DNA of 63,141 nt, the filler included, from Asterionella formosa (lineage: Eukaryota): NCBI GenBank assembly GCA_002256025.1. It is 25 parts of 25 records of this genome, joined end to end, with 100 filler letters (N's around TTAATTAATTAA, not from the genome) between each part and the next. Parts side by side here need not be neighbours in the genome. Positions count along the whole stretch, not along the records: positions 1 to 2,442 come from NKIB01015263.1; positions 2,543 to 4,983 come from NKIB01015264.1; positions 5,084 to 7,521 come from NKIB01015266.1; positions 7,622 to 10,050 come from NKIB01015267.1; positions 10,151 to 12,588 come from NKIB01015268.1; 20 more parts are not named here. One strand, 5' to 3'. The notes below the pieces were generated by a model. It had not been told where the DNA came from. It did not search any database and worked only from the letters and a program-made list of their open reading frames with translations. Below, piece by piece: positions 1 through 12,688 of the stretch (its first letter is position 1; the number at the start of each line of letters is the position of its first letter). The position numbers were made by a program, and so were the translations under genes.

Positions 1-154
1 CATTTATTTTCAAGAATCAGGATCAATTGATCTTAGAAATATGGTCAAATGATCCTAAACACATGAGCATATTCAGTTTTCCTCTGCACTATTGTGGTAT
101 TTCCATGATGGAAGTAATTACCAGCAAGAACCATTTGAAAATACTTGTAAGAAG

Positions 155-232
155 TCTATGTTTGACTACTCAGACTTAATATAATTTTTTCAACCCCACC
201 TCGAGCTAGGGGTTCAAATGCAGGAACCTTAA
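155..232 (-). mobile_element. End of a TTAA-flanked DNA element (Kolobok-like GG terminus); second copy at 12895-12970
   Basis: Reverse complement TTAA|GGTTCCTGCATTTGAACCCCTAGCTCGAGG matches 12895 TTAA|GGTTCCTGCATTTGATCCCCTAGCTCGAGG; homology stops at the TTAA. Confidence 0.55.
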
Positions 233-325
233 TTTCTGAGTGCATCGTCAAAAGACCCGAGGTAATAATATGTAGCCCTGTCAAGGCATTATGCCTTGTG
301 TACCGGTACCTGGTACCTGGTACCA

Positions 326-420
326 ACCAGTAAAAAACTCCATTGACCCACTGGGAAAAATTTCGAACTGCATTGACCCACTGACGGTATAAAAAACACG
401 TTTTGTTATGAAAAATCATT
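326..420 (+). mobile_element. Terminal fragment of a CCAGT-ended DNA element related to the pogo-like element end in contigs 40546-42971 and 50645-53066
   Basis: ACCAGTAAAAAACTCCATTGACCCACTG...AACACGTTTTGTTAT resembles the reverse complement of 42920-42971 (ACCAGTAAAACACTGCCGTGACCCATTG...AACACGTTTTGCTAT). Confidence 0.6.
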
Positions 421-873
421 CATTTTCTATTTCTAAAGCTCCAGAATGTCTCTTGTGCATAAACCGGATGGAATCACACTGTTAGAGCATCGCCACCGCA
501 TCGACCAAATACCAAAGCCAATTGCAGTTGAAAATATCAATGCACGTCACTTGGTCGAGAAATTTTTTATCAATAGTCGAATTTTTCTTTTTTTTCCCAC
601 CGCATCGACCAAATCTTATATTAGTCAAATCTCGCGCCTATTTTATCAGCCAATAGAAATAAAGGTAGACTGTAGTTTCGTGTGTATCGCTTTGAATTCA
701 TGAAGTAGCTGCATACATACAATATTCTTAAACAGCTAGCAATACTCCTACCGGTACTATCTGGTACTGCCCATCAAAACATATTACAACTATGTACTTG
801 TATATTCGTCGTAGAGAATTGTGGCTTCTTTATTATTACCAATAAATATGACTTTTGTTTTGACACAGCGAAA

Positions 874-2143
874 ATGAGCAATGATAGCGACTCGTCAGAT
901 GACAATCGCTTCTTCCACTTCCGCAATATGCGGAAGCAAAGCGAGAATGCCAAGCAAGAAAGAAACAAGGGAGGAGGATCAAAGGTGGGAAAGGCATCCA
1001 ATCTCAATCGTTTTCGGACAGACTATGACAAGCTTTTGAAAAAGGATTATTTCGGTGAAAATCCGATTTACTCGTCAGCAATGTTCAGGAGGCGCTTCAG
1101 GATGAGACGTTCGTTGTTTGAGAAGATTCTTGATGATTTGGTTTCTTCGGATTCTTACTTTTCTCAGAAGAAGGATGCCTTGGGTTTACTGGGATTCTCG
1201 CCACACCAAAAACTTACCTCGGCGCTTCGCATGTTAGCCTATGGAACATCGGCTGATCAGTTGGATGATTTAACAATGATGTCAGAGTCAACAACACTCA
1301 ACAACTTGCAACACTTCTGTAACGCAATAATCAACAGGTATGGGAAAGAGTATCTTAGAGCTTTGACCAAAGAGGACCTTGAGATGATTCTACGTTTGCA
1401 TGAAGGAAAGGGTTGGCCGGGTCTTCTTGATTCATTGGATGTCATGCGTTGGGAGTGGAAAAACTGTCCCAAAGCACACAGAGGAGCATATCAAGGAAAA
1501 GAAGGAGTGGCGACAATTGCTTTGGAAGCTGCGGTTGATTGTAGACTTTGGTTCTGGCATGCATGGTTTGGAATGCCCGGGGCAAACAATGATCTTAATA
1601 TTTTGGATCGTTCACCGTTTTTCCATGATTTGTCAGCTGGAAGGACTCCAAAAGTACAGTTTGCCATCAACAACCAACAACACAATCTGGGGTATTATTT
1701 GGTTGACGGAATCTACCCAAATTGGCATATATTTGTCAAGACAATTTCAGAGCCACAAGGTCCAAAACGGAGTTATTTCTCGATGCGTCAGGAGGCACAG
1801 CGCAAGGATGTTGAGCGAGCATTTGGAGTTCTACAGGTCAGGTGGAGGATCCTTGCACTTCCATGTAAACTTTGGTCAGTGGGTGCTATGAACAGTGTAA
1901 TTATTGCATGCATCATTTTGCACAACATGATCATAGAGGATGAATAGGAAACTGAAAATACAAATGAATATCTATTTGACAATATTCAGGATGGATTCTT
2001 GGTTGACAACGTGAATCATGACAATGTACACACATTTCTTGATTTCAAGAATATTAGAATGAACTACATGAGTGAAGGTGAACACTTTTCAATTGAGTAA
2101 CAATTTGATTGAGCACTTGTGGATTCAATACGAGAACAAATAG
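874..2143 (+). pseudogene. Harbinger/PIF transposase (HARBI1-like, plant-transposon type), with premature stop at 1945-1947 and a frameshift near 2088
   Basis: Motifs FRRRFRM, SLDxMxWEWKNCP, GANNDLNIL, YYLVDGIYP, QEAQRKDVERAFGVLQ, CIILHNMI; the conserved tail NNLIEHLW lies downstream in another frame. Confidence 0.92.
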
Positions 2144-2265
2144 TAGATAATTACTTGATTCTAGATTTCTATTTTAAGTCTTTAAAGTTCAAGTTCTAGA
2201 TTGGCAGCAATAATGAAAGGATTAGTGTAATGTAATGTCACTATAATCAAACTAGTTTAATACTC

Positions 2266-2442
2266 TTATGGTCCAGTCTCTAGAATCGAAACCTCATCAT
2301 CAGTAGATGATGAACGAGAAGTTGAAATATCTATTTCAACTGAACTGCCTGACTCCAAAGAACCGGTCTTTGTTTTTTTGCGTGATGGTTTTGAACTATC
2401 CTCCATCTCCTCCATAGCTTCTTGAGCCTTCATAGCAAACCA
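2266..2442 (-). CDS. C-terminal end of the Harbinger accessory ORF (probable Myb/SANT or NAM-associated type), partial
   Basis: Open 58-codon frame WFAMKAQEAMEEMED...ETGP* convergent with the transposase, the usual Harbinger layout. Confidence 0.55.
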   Translation of the reverse strand, partial: WFAMKAQEAMEEMEDSSKPSRKKTKTGSLESGSSVEIDISTSRSSSTDDEVSILETGP

Positions 2443-2542
2443 NNNNNNNNNNNNNNNNNNNNNNNNNNNNNNNNNNNNNNNNNNNNTTAATTAATTAANN
2501 NNNNNNNNNNNNNNNNNNNNNNNNNNNNNNNNNNNNNNNNNN
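2443..2542. other. Artificial contig spacer N44-TTAATTAATTAA-N44 (first of 24, recurring about every 2.53 kb up to 60626-60725)
   Basis: Identical 100-nt block with stops in all six frames between unrelated sequences; contig lengths fall roughly from 2442 to 2416 nt. Confidence 0.99.
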
Positions 2543-3051
2543 GCATCTTTATCGAAAAGGCGTGCAAAAGATTTCGCTGAAACCGCCCCATTCTCTATCA
2601 CGATATCTGCTTGGGCTGGGGTGAGTCCAAAGGTGATCAATTTCTCTCGAAATTGCGGCTCTGCCAACACACCATTAAACTCAATGAACACTTGCGCCAT
2701 GGCAAGTTGATCACCAACTGAAATGCCCGATGGATCGTCATCATCATCGTCGCTTTCGTTGCCTCCACTATCGCCTGAGCTATCGCTGGGGTTGTCTGCC
2801 GGTCCAGAGGAACTGTCACTCTGACTCCGATCACTTGCCTGCAGGTCTGGTGCGGGGATTCGGACCTCCTGAATCACTTCAGGCCGCATTCCCACAACTC
2901 CTTCCGCCTCAACGATGTCATCTGGCGGCTCCAGAAGCTCATCTTCTCCCTGGGCTGCTCGAATTTGCGCTCTTGTTGCTCGTTGAGCTGCAATGACACG
3001 CTTCGAGACCCTACCACCCTGTCGAACCCTCTGCTTGGTCCTTGGTGACAT
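2543..3051 (-). CDS. N-terminus of gag of a Copia-like LTR retrotransposon, partial
   Basis: ORF MSPRTKQR... with an acidic/Ser-rich tract, starting about 130 nt downstream of an LTR-like TG...CA segment. Confidence 0.55.
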
Positions 3052-3178
3052 GATGATAATGACCCCAACACTGAACAACGATGCGCAAAAGCGGACTCCC
3101 AGAACGCCGAAACAAACGTTGCTCGCTGGCCAGCAGTTTTCCCTTCGAATATTACAACAATCAACCGATAAAGGCTAC

Positions 3179-3490
3179 TGAAGAGGCTAGATGGGTCTGA
3201 TAAACCGACTAATTCTCCTATCAAACAGGCGATGGGGAGAATACTGAACCTAATGTTGCAATTAGCGCTATCAAAGGGTACCACATAAAAGAAGTAATCA
3301 CAAAGCAATATCCAACACAACTTGTTGGATGGGAAAAACTCGACATATTCCAGACAAGGATTACCCACTCAAGGATGACCAAAATACACGCTGGTCCTAC
3401 AGGCCGCTAGTACCAGGCGCCTGCATGTCACAAGACAGACCTCGCAGGAATACACCTAACGGTTTCCCCGTTGAGCATACGCTTGAGACA
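3179..3490 (-). mobile_element. Putative 5' LTR (TGTCTCAAG...CTCTTCA) nested in another Copia pol
   Basis: TG/CA ends on the minus strand; pol-like coding sequence on the plus strand begins right at 3491. Confidence 0.5.
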
Positions 3491-3669
3491 CCCTGACGTA
3501 TACCCAGAATTTACCAGTTCGGTTTTACCCACAAATGGAAGAGCTCTCCCGCCGGTTTCGTACGCGTCAAGGACAGCTACGATACCCTCACCTTCGTACT
3601 AGGTGGTACACTGATACCATGTTTCCCAAGGACAAGGTGAAGTCGGTGAGGGGACACACATGTGCACAA
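3491..3669 (+). pseudogene. Diatom Copia (CoDi-like) pre-integrase/integrase fragment
   Basis: [27 protein letters not shown]...[10 protein letters not shown] motif typical of diatom Copia pol. Confidence 0.75.
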
Positions 3670-3818
3670 CATCGTACCCCTAAACCAAAGGAAGTCCGAC
3701 AGGAGGATACACTGGCGGATAGAGTGCAAATGGCGGATAAATGGTCTGGACCAGTCAAGACATGAAGCACCCCCAAGGCGATGCCAGTAGTCACTAGCGT
3801 GCCTGCATCAGAAGGCAT
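3670..3818 (-). pseudogene. 5' fragment of a NiCoT/UreH-like nickel-cobalt transporter
   Basis: [23 protein letters not shown]...FGLGVR carries the HX4DH signature; it breaks off where WGxGH is expected. Confidence 0.75.
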
Positions 3819-3949
3819 AATGATGGATGATGAGCAATGTCGTTGTTGTTGTTATGAATGGTATACAAGGGTATGATATATTGTAGCCGAGGAAAGTGGT
3901 GACAGGAAGATCTTTTTGATTTTCTATAAATCATCTCGTTGCATTCCAA

Positions 3950-4645
3950 TACCGGTATATTTATAGATTGATGTATCGGTAGTATACCGGTACAAAAAAG
4001 AATATAAATACATGTATGAATACCGGGTATTACGACTTAGTATCCTTAGCAACATTTGTACCGGTATAAGGTTAACTGTTATAGTACCTGGTACCGGTAC
4101 ATCAATTGGCGTGGTACCACATACTGTACCATAGGTCAAGAGGTCTATTTTACGCATGCATGCATGGTGGGGTTTGATTTAGTACCTGGTACCTGGTACC
4201 TGGTACCGAGTGTTGTAGCTATGAGGATTTTTTGTTTGCTTCTCAGCCATAGGTACGAATTTCGCCGAATCCTCTGGTGAAGAGCTCGTAGTACCTGGTG
4301 CGTACCGGAAATAGTCCTTGATAACTAATATTCATATCTGAGGTATGCACGTATCTTACAGGCAAAATGCAAATAAATACTATACATACATATATCTTAG
4401 ACTACCGGGTATCCCTGAGCTATAGGTACTGTTCCAGGTAGGTACCAGGTTTCTGGTACCCTTAACTCTATACCACAATGATGTAATGGTTTATACAGTA
4501 CAGGTATTTTTGCTAAATGCAGTGGTACATACCCTGGCATCCTGGTACCTGTAGTACCGGTATTCCTGTCTGTAGTAGACCTACTGGTACCGGTATCCTG
4601 TCTTGTTATTTTAGATACTGGTACTGGTACCAGGTACCAGGTACG
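3950..4645. repeat. Cluster of TACCGGTA and (TACCWGG)n palindromic micro-arrays
   Basis: For example 4181-4208 GTACCTGGTACCTGGTACCTGGTACC and 4616-4643; similar arrays at 301-325, 9337-9355, 16682-16712, 29155-29170, 32961-33006, 57141-57189 and 57885-57980. Confidence 0.9.
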
Positions 4646-5083
4646 GCATTCGACGAGGTCGATGGGAAGACGAATGTACTATTATTTTTCATTTTAGCAT
4701 TAGCATTAGCATCAGCATCAGCATGTAACAAATACATCAATATAAATTTTTTCCTTCCAAAGAAAACCCAGACAACAAAAGGTATTGTTGTGTGTCGGTG
4801 TTCCTTCAGTGACTGCTGTCCAATCCTTTTCCATACATCAAATCATAGCTACATCTTGGTCTATCATCAAGGCTACTTGTAGCAATCATTTCAAGATCCA
4901 AGGCAAAGAGCTTTTCTCCATTCGTTCGCGTCGTATTCTACTTTGTAGTTTGCTTCCACCGCCCAGTTCTGTGAATTCCGTCGNNNNNNNNNNNNNNNNN
5001 NNNNNNNNNNNNNNNNNNNNNNNNNNNTTAATTAATTAANNNNNNNNNNNNNNNNNNNNNNNNNNNNNNNNNNNNNNNNNNNN

Positions 5084-5510
5084 TTAACATCAATAGAGCG
5101 ACAAGTGGGTCTCTTCATTGTTGTTTGCTCCTGTAAAAGTCGGTGTCTGTGTCATCCTCATCAATAGAGGGACAATTGTCCTTCATCATTGCGGTTTGCC
5201 GCTGGAAAAAATGGTACCTGTGGTATCATCATTCGCTCGTTAGAACCACTGTCCGTTGCCTCAAACCTGATTAGCGTGTGTGTATGTGCACTGTCGACTT
5301 GTTTACATTACAGGAGTGACTTAGCTACTAAAGTGCGTGTTATAATATCATACTCTGTAGTACAATGCAGAATACTACAGTACCCAATCATCTCATCATG
5401 ATTGATAAGATGATAATGTGATATCACGATAGGTTTACATCGATGCATACATCACCAAAGTATGATACGTAATATTGAATAAAGTATATCACATCGCTAT
5501 GATGCATTGA
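5084..5510 (+). repeat. Dispersed repeat, homologous to about 43180-43620
   Basis: Long colinear match including GGAACCACTGTCCGTTGCCTCAAACCTGATTAGCG and CATACATCACCAAAGTATGATAC. Confidence 0.85.
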
Positions 5511-7719
5511 TCATAGAACTGTGATGATTTCTTTAAAAATTTTATGATATAATTTTGATCAAAATATGATCATGTTAAAATAATACATTGATAATAAAAT
5601 ACGATAAAATATGTACGCAAGTGTTATCGATACTTCACAGAAAATAAATAAATCAATCATATTTATGTTACTTGATATATAAATTAGACTTTTAATGTAG
5701 ACAGTAAAAGCCAACAGTTAATATGATAGTATTATACGGTGGATAGGATCTAAGTATACGGATGCATTAATTTGAACATCACTATAATATGATTTGTGAT
5801 ATGGATGGATGCATATCACATACCGGTATCCTCAACAACCGGCCATCACGTTCATTGTCATGTCGTTTTTCCTTGTTATAGCTGTATTTATGCCGGCATG
5901 TGTATTGTGTAAACACTACGCTGGCGGAACATGCATATTACACTGCTGTGCTCTGTTCAACAATTACTACACTCGGTTACCATCACACCAGCTGCACCTC
6001 CACAAGCGCCTCAAAAAGCTCCGCGTTTCCCTTCCACTGTTTTACATCATATTCTTTTGGCCCTTTGACAACTTGCTTTCCAAATGGCATTTCATGGATT
6101 TCATGCAAAGGATCAGTCAAACAAGAAACGTGACTTCATTTACTTTCATTGTTTACACTACACGACTTCATGTTTTCGGAAAAGAAGATGAAAAAACCTA
6201 TGAAATCAATCGAAGATTCTTTTGATTACACTCAAAGATCAGATGAATTTGAACAGATTCAAGTATGCCGAGCGATACAATAGTGGCAGAGATTGAAAAG
6301 AAGGGAAGATTGCTTTCGAAGAGCCAAGGAAACCCAAACAGTTTTTCTTCGCGGATGAAGACTCTATTCCTACAGAGTCACAGTTCCATCCAGTGTCGTA
6401 TTTTGCTCCTCATTCTCCCGAAATCGCTGATAATGAAGAAGAACTCAGTGATTCTCATTCATTTGATGAACAAATTCATGCGATGAATGAAATATCGGCG
6501 GTAATATGGGAGACATCACTTCAGAAGAAGAAATGGTTGAAAAGTTGCAAAACCAAGAGATATATCTCACTATCCGTCCAGAACATCAAGATGAACATCA
6601 TGAAAGCAGAGAAACTATTGCATTTTTAAAAGAAAAGTTATTCAAGAAAAAGTCCGAGCTAGATCAAGACCTCGAATTCAAGAAGATCAATGCAGACAGA
6701 GATGTGATGACCATACTGGCTAAGGCAGTTGATGCTCTGATTAGGGAACGAAGTCAGAAACACAAAATTGAATCTTTTTCCAAATCATACATGGAAGAAA
6801 AAGAATTTCTCTGTAAAATCATCGAGAACAATCCCGAAGGCAGCTAGCCTACTTTTGTGAAGAGTCAGCATGTGAAATGTGTAGAGTTATTATGCCAAAG
6901 CAAACTGCATTTTCCTTGAGTTTGCCGAAAACTCATGGACAACTAAAATTGTGGAAAGAGTTGTACACACGTACCCCACAAGAAATATGCAATTACACCT
7001 CTGTATTTTATGGAGTCAAAGGTATCAAAAAATCATCTTCAGATTTTAAAGATCTTGCATTTTGGGACCTTGAAACAATTACTTTGCTCTATGATCCATT
7101 ATATAATTCATGAACTTCATCCAACTGATGTAAAGGTCAGAGACGAAACATAGTAATTATCCTTTTTTAATTGCTCCAATACCTCCTTGGGCTTCACTGG
7201 TATCCTAGATTGAATAGAACCTTCTTGCGGTTTTAAGGCAGGCACAACAAATGCAGTGTACAGAATGTTGTTAAACTCAACCACACTCAGTTCAGTTGTA
7301 TCGCTGCATATAGTAGTGTCGCCTTTCGCAAAAAACATACGTTTATGAGCTTTTATTTCGGATGAACTTTTCAAGGAACGTATAGAGGCTAAACGAATGG
7401 AAGTATCGTTCGAGAAAATCACATTTCCCCAAAGAATTACATTTCCCCAAAGAAATAATTTTCCAGGAACAGTAAATGAATTTGACCCATCCCCCTTCTC
7501 CCAGTTCACTTCAATCTAATCNNNNNNNNNNNNNNNNNNNNNNNNNNNNNNNNNNNNNNNNNNNNTTAATTAATTAANNNNNNNNNNNNNNNNNNNNNNN
7601 NNNNNNNNNNNNNNNNNNNNNCTGCATTTTCACACTGAACATCACATTTTTATCTTTATTACCCTACACAGAAACTCAGCGTGTTCTCCGGTGGAGGATT
7701 TATATTGAAGAATATCTTC

Positions 7720-9115
7720 TCACTTTTCACAATATGAAGGGTACTGATAATGTCAAATATTACAGATTCTATCTCTCGCCTCCCGAGGCTTGAGTCTTTG
7801 GTGGGGGATGAACTTGGACCGAAATCTTCAGCATCAACATCCATTTCTACTTTCTCAATTGAAGTAGATGATGAACCTTTGTTTACCTGTTCCCTCAATC
7901 ATCCAATTTTGGCAGACAATATTCAATATCCTCTGGATTATAACTCCATACATGATAGACAATTGCTGGCTATACAATTGATTCTCAATCAAACAACTCA
8001 TCTCATTCTCAATCAACAAACCAAACACATCCGTTAAGATTTCCCTCTATCAATTTTCATCATATACATTTAATATATTTTTGTGAAGAATCCAGGAGAT
8101 ACTTGACGTATTGTTATTCCTACATCACTATCGAATCCTATTATTTATTGGTATCATCAGATATTAACTCATGTGGGTATGACAAGATTAAATGCCACAG
8201 TTTCTACACATTTTTACTATCCTCCATGAAAAGCAAGAGTGGAACATATTACAAGCATATATGAAACATGTCAAAACGTACAAAATTACCTGGTGCTTGG
8301 TTTTGGTGAACTTCCACCAAGGAATGCATTGTTATTACAATGCTCAGAAGTCACAGTGGATTTCATTGGTCCACGGAAGATAACAGTGACTGCACAAGCG
8401 ATTGAATTTCATGCTCCAACTTGAGTTAACACAGTCACCAATTTACCAGAAATTTCACATATGAATAATAAGACATCAGAATATATTGCGATGAAATTTG
8501 AAAATGATTGGTTAGACAGATATCTCCGTCCAGAAGGTTGTTACATGACAATGGAGGTCAATTTACTGGTATTCCTTTCAGACACATGTAAGTGTTGAAT
8601 GGAATTAAAATTGGAATCATTACAGTCAAGAATCCACAAACAAATGCTATCCGTGAACGTTTATATCAATCTATCAGTAAAAGTCTATGTACAAGTTATG
8701 TTAAAGGCTCATCCTCCAATCAAGGAATTTCAAGTTCAGAATATTGTGGATATCAGTTTGCTGCATCATATGCAGCTTGAGCTACTATTTATAGTACATT
8801 GTGTATTTTCACCAGGTACATGGGTTTTCCAACATGATTTGATTACAGATATGTAATTGATATTGGGATATCAATGTCGATAAGTGATAATTGACAAATG
8901 ACTACGTCGTGATAATTTCCGTCGTCGTTCTTGCAATTACAAGGTTGTTGATGAGGTTTTAATCCTATTGGATAATCCTACTACCTTGGATAACCATGGA
9001 CGAGGTCCTTATTCTATTATTCAAGTATATGCCAATGGTACAGTTACTTTTCAACAAACTATGCATACTACGGAACAAATTAATATTCACTACATCAAAC
9101 CTTTTCAAAGGTAAA
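7720..9115 (+). pseudogene. Gypsy pol remnant (end of RNase H, integrase), many stops and frameshifts
   Basis: NITDSISRLPR, WYHQILTHVGMTRL, VDFIGP, WLDRYLRP, DNGGQF, NPQTNAIRER and GPYSIIQVYANGTV motifs. Confidence 0.85.
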
Positions 9116-9139
9116 AGGTTTTCCCTTGGTGTGGGAGAG

Positions 9140-9336
9140 TGAGCGATCTTGCACATCAATACAGATGTATATAGGGTTAGTGTTATATCATATATGTATC
9201 AGAACTCAATAATGAGAGAACTCGACTAACCCTCATTGTATACTTTGGTGTCGACTTAGAGAATGAGTTACACACAAGGATTAACAAATAAGCTCATATA
9301 TTCAACAAATACTACTACTTCTAGTTAGATACTTCA
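9140..9336 (+). mobile_element. Gypsy 3' LTR (TGAGCG...ATACTTCA), preceded by a polypurine tract
   Basis: Follows the integrase and GTGGGAGAG; homologous to 56946-57140 (minus) and 43824-44022. Confidence 0.85.
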
Positions 9337-9744
9337 CCAGGTACCTGGTCCTGGTGGTCCGATATGAAAACTGCTTTGAACCTACCGGTATATCGAAATT
9401 ATTTTACCGCTTTGAACCTCTATGAGTAGAATAACACGTTTTGTCACGAATTTCTGATAGTTTACAAATCTGAAACGATCCATCAGTGGGCGCGCTCTGA
9501 TAATAAAAAATTATTATATCATGTGTGTATTATAACACAAATTATTCTGGTGATCTGCTACATAATATCGTCCTTGCGCTCTGAAGAGATATTTTAGATT
9601 ACTTCTCTGACATTATATATATTTTTAACTTTAATTTTCAACAGTTAAATTTTCATATCAATGCATCCTCTTGTATGCTATGCCGCCTCTTGTTCATTAT
9701 ATGCATGAGTTCTATATATTCATCATTGTCGGTCACTGACCACC

Positions 9745-10050
9745 ATGTCGACTTTTATCTCATCTCCTGATGATGATGATGACATTATGATCACATTGCT
9801 ACTGTTAGCAATGTGCTATCCACCAGTAAATAGGACGCCATCATTCAGGGAAAGTTTGACTGTTGATGAGGTCAGAAGAAGAAGTGGCAAAATCCGTCGC
9901 CACGCACTACAGCATCCATTATCGAGTCCATTCTGGACTTTGTTCAACAGCAAGCATGATGATGCTCTGATTACCTTGTGTGGGTTTGACCATGCTTCTT
10001 TCGAGCTCCTACACCAGCTGTTCAAACCTTGTTTTTATTCCTTCACTCCC
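9745..10050 (+). CDS. N-terminus of an ISL2EU/Harbinger-like (DDE_Tnp_4-type) transposase, partial
   Basis: RRRSGKIRRHAL..P..SPFWTLF.S..DDALITLCGFDHASF resembles stramenopile DDE transposase N-termini; terminal-like repeats upstream at 9359-9445. Confidence 0.6.
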
Positions 10051-10439
10051 NNNNNNNNNNNNNNNNNNNNNNNNNNNNNNNNNNNNNNNNNNNNTTAATT
10101 AATTAANNNNNNNNNNNNNNNNNNNNNNNNNNNNNNNNNNNNNNNNNNNNTGGTGTTCTATTGGTTTTTAGTTTTATGATCATACAATCCTAAAACTATG
10201 ATGATTTACTGTCCCACTGCAGTAGCAACAGTCCTGAACATATGGTGTTCTGTTGCTAGTTTACTACTCCGACTACCCCCAGTATATCACTTACTACCTG
10301 CTACTGGTACTCTGTATATATATCTGATGTATTGTTATTGTCATATGATGTACCGGTACACATGAAGAGCTCCCAACCAAAAAAGGGGCTTAAACAATTT
10401 GCTACCAAAACCCTTGCGGTTATGACTAACACCAATTGA

Positions 10440-11960
10440 ATGGTCTAAATAATTTGTTTCAACGGACGTAGAAAATATCGATGCAAACAAATTTCAGAAA
10501 CAATACCGGTACACGTAGTCGTGGAAAACAATGGACAAATAGTGCATTGAGTATTTTCGAATTATGTATATGCGAGTATGATCATCCCAACCATATCAGA
10601 TGTTCCATATCGAGAGCGCCTTTGAATTTTATAAATGTATAACACTTAATATGTATATATATGTATATATATATATGTTTACAAATTTTATTACTATATT
10701 CATGGCATATATATTTTTTTTAAATCGTTCTGTCATGTTAACAAACAATGCCTGCTGCTTCATGAAAAGATACATTGTAGTAAAGCACATGACAAGCAAA
10801 GAAAGTTTATGCAATACATAACGAAAAACATTGAGGCTTCGACACATTGCGCATTAGAAGGATGGATGATGTTTAAGGTAATGAAGCCATCAATGTGGTA
10901 CTTGGATGACAATCGTTGGGAGGCAGGTAGCACAACAACAAATTGTTAACTAAACGCAGCCACATTTCCTTTTTTCTCTGTTGATTCAACAGCTCGATTC
11001 GCTTGTTGGGGAGCACCAATGTAAAACAAAACCAAATTGCTTAAGTGCTCTTGTCGCCCGTTGGACCTATTCATTTCTGTTGGAACAAAGCTGACAAAAC
11101 GCTTACCTTCTCTCAAAGTCAAGCTGACAAAAATGAACCGGTAAGTTTTATTCGACAACATTGGATACCCGAAACTTACTTATTCAAGAATTTGGCTTAC
11201 TGACAAGTTACTATTACAGACTTATGCATCAGTTGCATTGATTTGTGGTAAGTGAAACAAGAGGATATGATGGAATTGCGTGTTCTTGTGTCAATGTAAC
11301 ATGACTAGCTAACATATCATTCCTTCTCATTGTTACTGTAACTGCATGCATAGGAAAATAAAAATTATCAAACAACGGAATAAACGGCAACAAGTTCACA
11401 ATGACACTTACAGCAGGGAAAGAGACGCAGCATCAGTAAGGCACTGCCTCGCACACGATTCAGAAAAGAGGAAGAAATTGGCGAGACAGGAACAATATAC
11501 ATTGAGCCGAGTAGAGAGAGAAATGTTGGGTTGCTGGCATGTAGATTAATAGATAGCATTGCTTAATTTGATAGTTAAATTACGATCCATTTCAATCTAT
11601 TTTGAACAATGCTTGTGATTAGAATTATGATCATGTTTACGATAGATTTACGATGAAACAATTCACATGATAGCATAGAGTTTAGCTGGTTTTAGGATAC
11701 ATTGTAGTTATAATTTACATCGGGCGATCACGAGAAGTGAATATAATATGAGAAGGTTTATGATATTGATGGGAAATGTTGTTGATCAGTTTATATACAT
11801 TGTGTGATGATAATGTTCTTATTATCATTATACTTCAATGTCGGTAAAATATTAATAAATCATCATAGTTACAAGATACCTTGATCATATTTTTGATCCA
11901 AAAATTATCATATATACGAAAATCCTGTGCCACTCAGTGTACAATACCCTTGATCCTATA
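10440..11960 (+). mobile_element. Degenerate unclassified repeat element ending ...GTGCCA..AG.GTACAATACCC.TGATC.TAT; relatives at about 13850-14753, 28900-28988 and 44940-45497 (minus)
   Basis: Shared terminal motif in three contigs, shared GTCGTGGAAAACAATG block, and about 550 nt reverse-complement match between 10755-11330 and 44940-45497. Confidence 0.65.
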
Positions 11961-12688
11961 TGCATGATACTTTTTATTTGCAGACGACCATCAGTGTCTG
12001 ACATACAGAAATACACGATGGACATACTATTGATTTATAAAACATGTTGTCTTGTCGATCTCTGAAATACTAGCTAGTATGCAGCAAAATTGCAAGTGAA
12101 CTTTGGGTTGTAGTATGTTGTGATAGTTGCATGTTGGGAATGGGACCACTCTTCTAACAGCTTGTTGCATGTGTGGATGTGATTTGAAAATAGAATGTTG
12201 ATGACTAGATATCATGACAGCCATGAAAATGTGCGTTTGATAATGTAGTCGTCTGATTTATTCTGTTTACAATCCATGCCTACAGTAGTATAGAGTCATA
12301 CTTCTTCGTTTTCGTTGCCAATTCAAGCCCAATTGATTGCCAACTATAATCGATTTACCACCCAGTTCTTATTGCTAGAGAAAAGCCTTTGAATGTGTTC
12401 GTCTATTAATTACCGACTTCAAGTTTTTAAACTCTGGCGCATTATTGATTGGTGAATTGAATCAAGAAGCTTTCTGGATTCTCTATCACCATGTCATGCA
12501 AATTTGTCACTGCGGGTCCACCATTTGTTGCAAGCTGATAAAGCAGGTCGGGTAGTTGAAAATTCATACAAATAACATGATTCTTTGANNNNNNNNNNNN
12601 NNNNNNNNNNNNNNNNNNNNNNNNNNNNNNNNTTAATTAATTAANNNNNNNNNNNNNNNNNNNNNNNNNNNNNNNNNNNNNNNNNNNN

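Larger units (their letters stand above)
485..2442 (+). mobile_element. PIF/Harbinger DNA transposon, left part (TIR, transposase, end of convergent second ORF)
   Basis: TTA|GAGCATCGCCACC terminus resembles PIF/Tourist TIRs with a TTA/TAA target; subterminal CCACCGCATCGACCAAAT repeated near 493 and 597; two convergent ORFs. Confidence 0.8.

Noticed and set aside
301..325. CCWGG/GGTACC clusters as evidence of a bacterial restriction-modification (Dcm, KpnI) system or a cloning linker
   Set aside because: No methylase or nuclease gene is present, the context is eukaryotic, and the motifs are internal, degenerate and polymorphic between repeat copies rather than fixed at contig ends.
3178..3210. 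CTGAAGA as a hammerhead ribozyme core
   Set aside because: No GAAA after a proper stem II; it coincides with the LTR end.
3694..3713. GACAGGAGGATACACT as a tRNA-Asp half-molecule primer binding site
   Set aside because: It lies inside the minus-strand transporter coding fragment (SVSSCRT) and is not next to an LTR.
4056..4882. ORFs rich in VPGT/WYLVP/YRY peptides
   Set aside because: These are translations of the TACCWGG arrays, not proteins.
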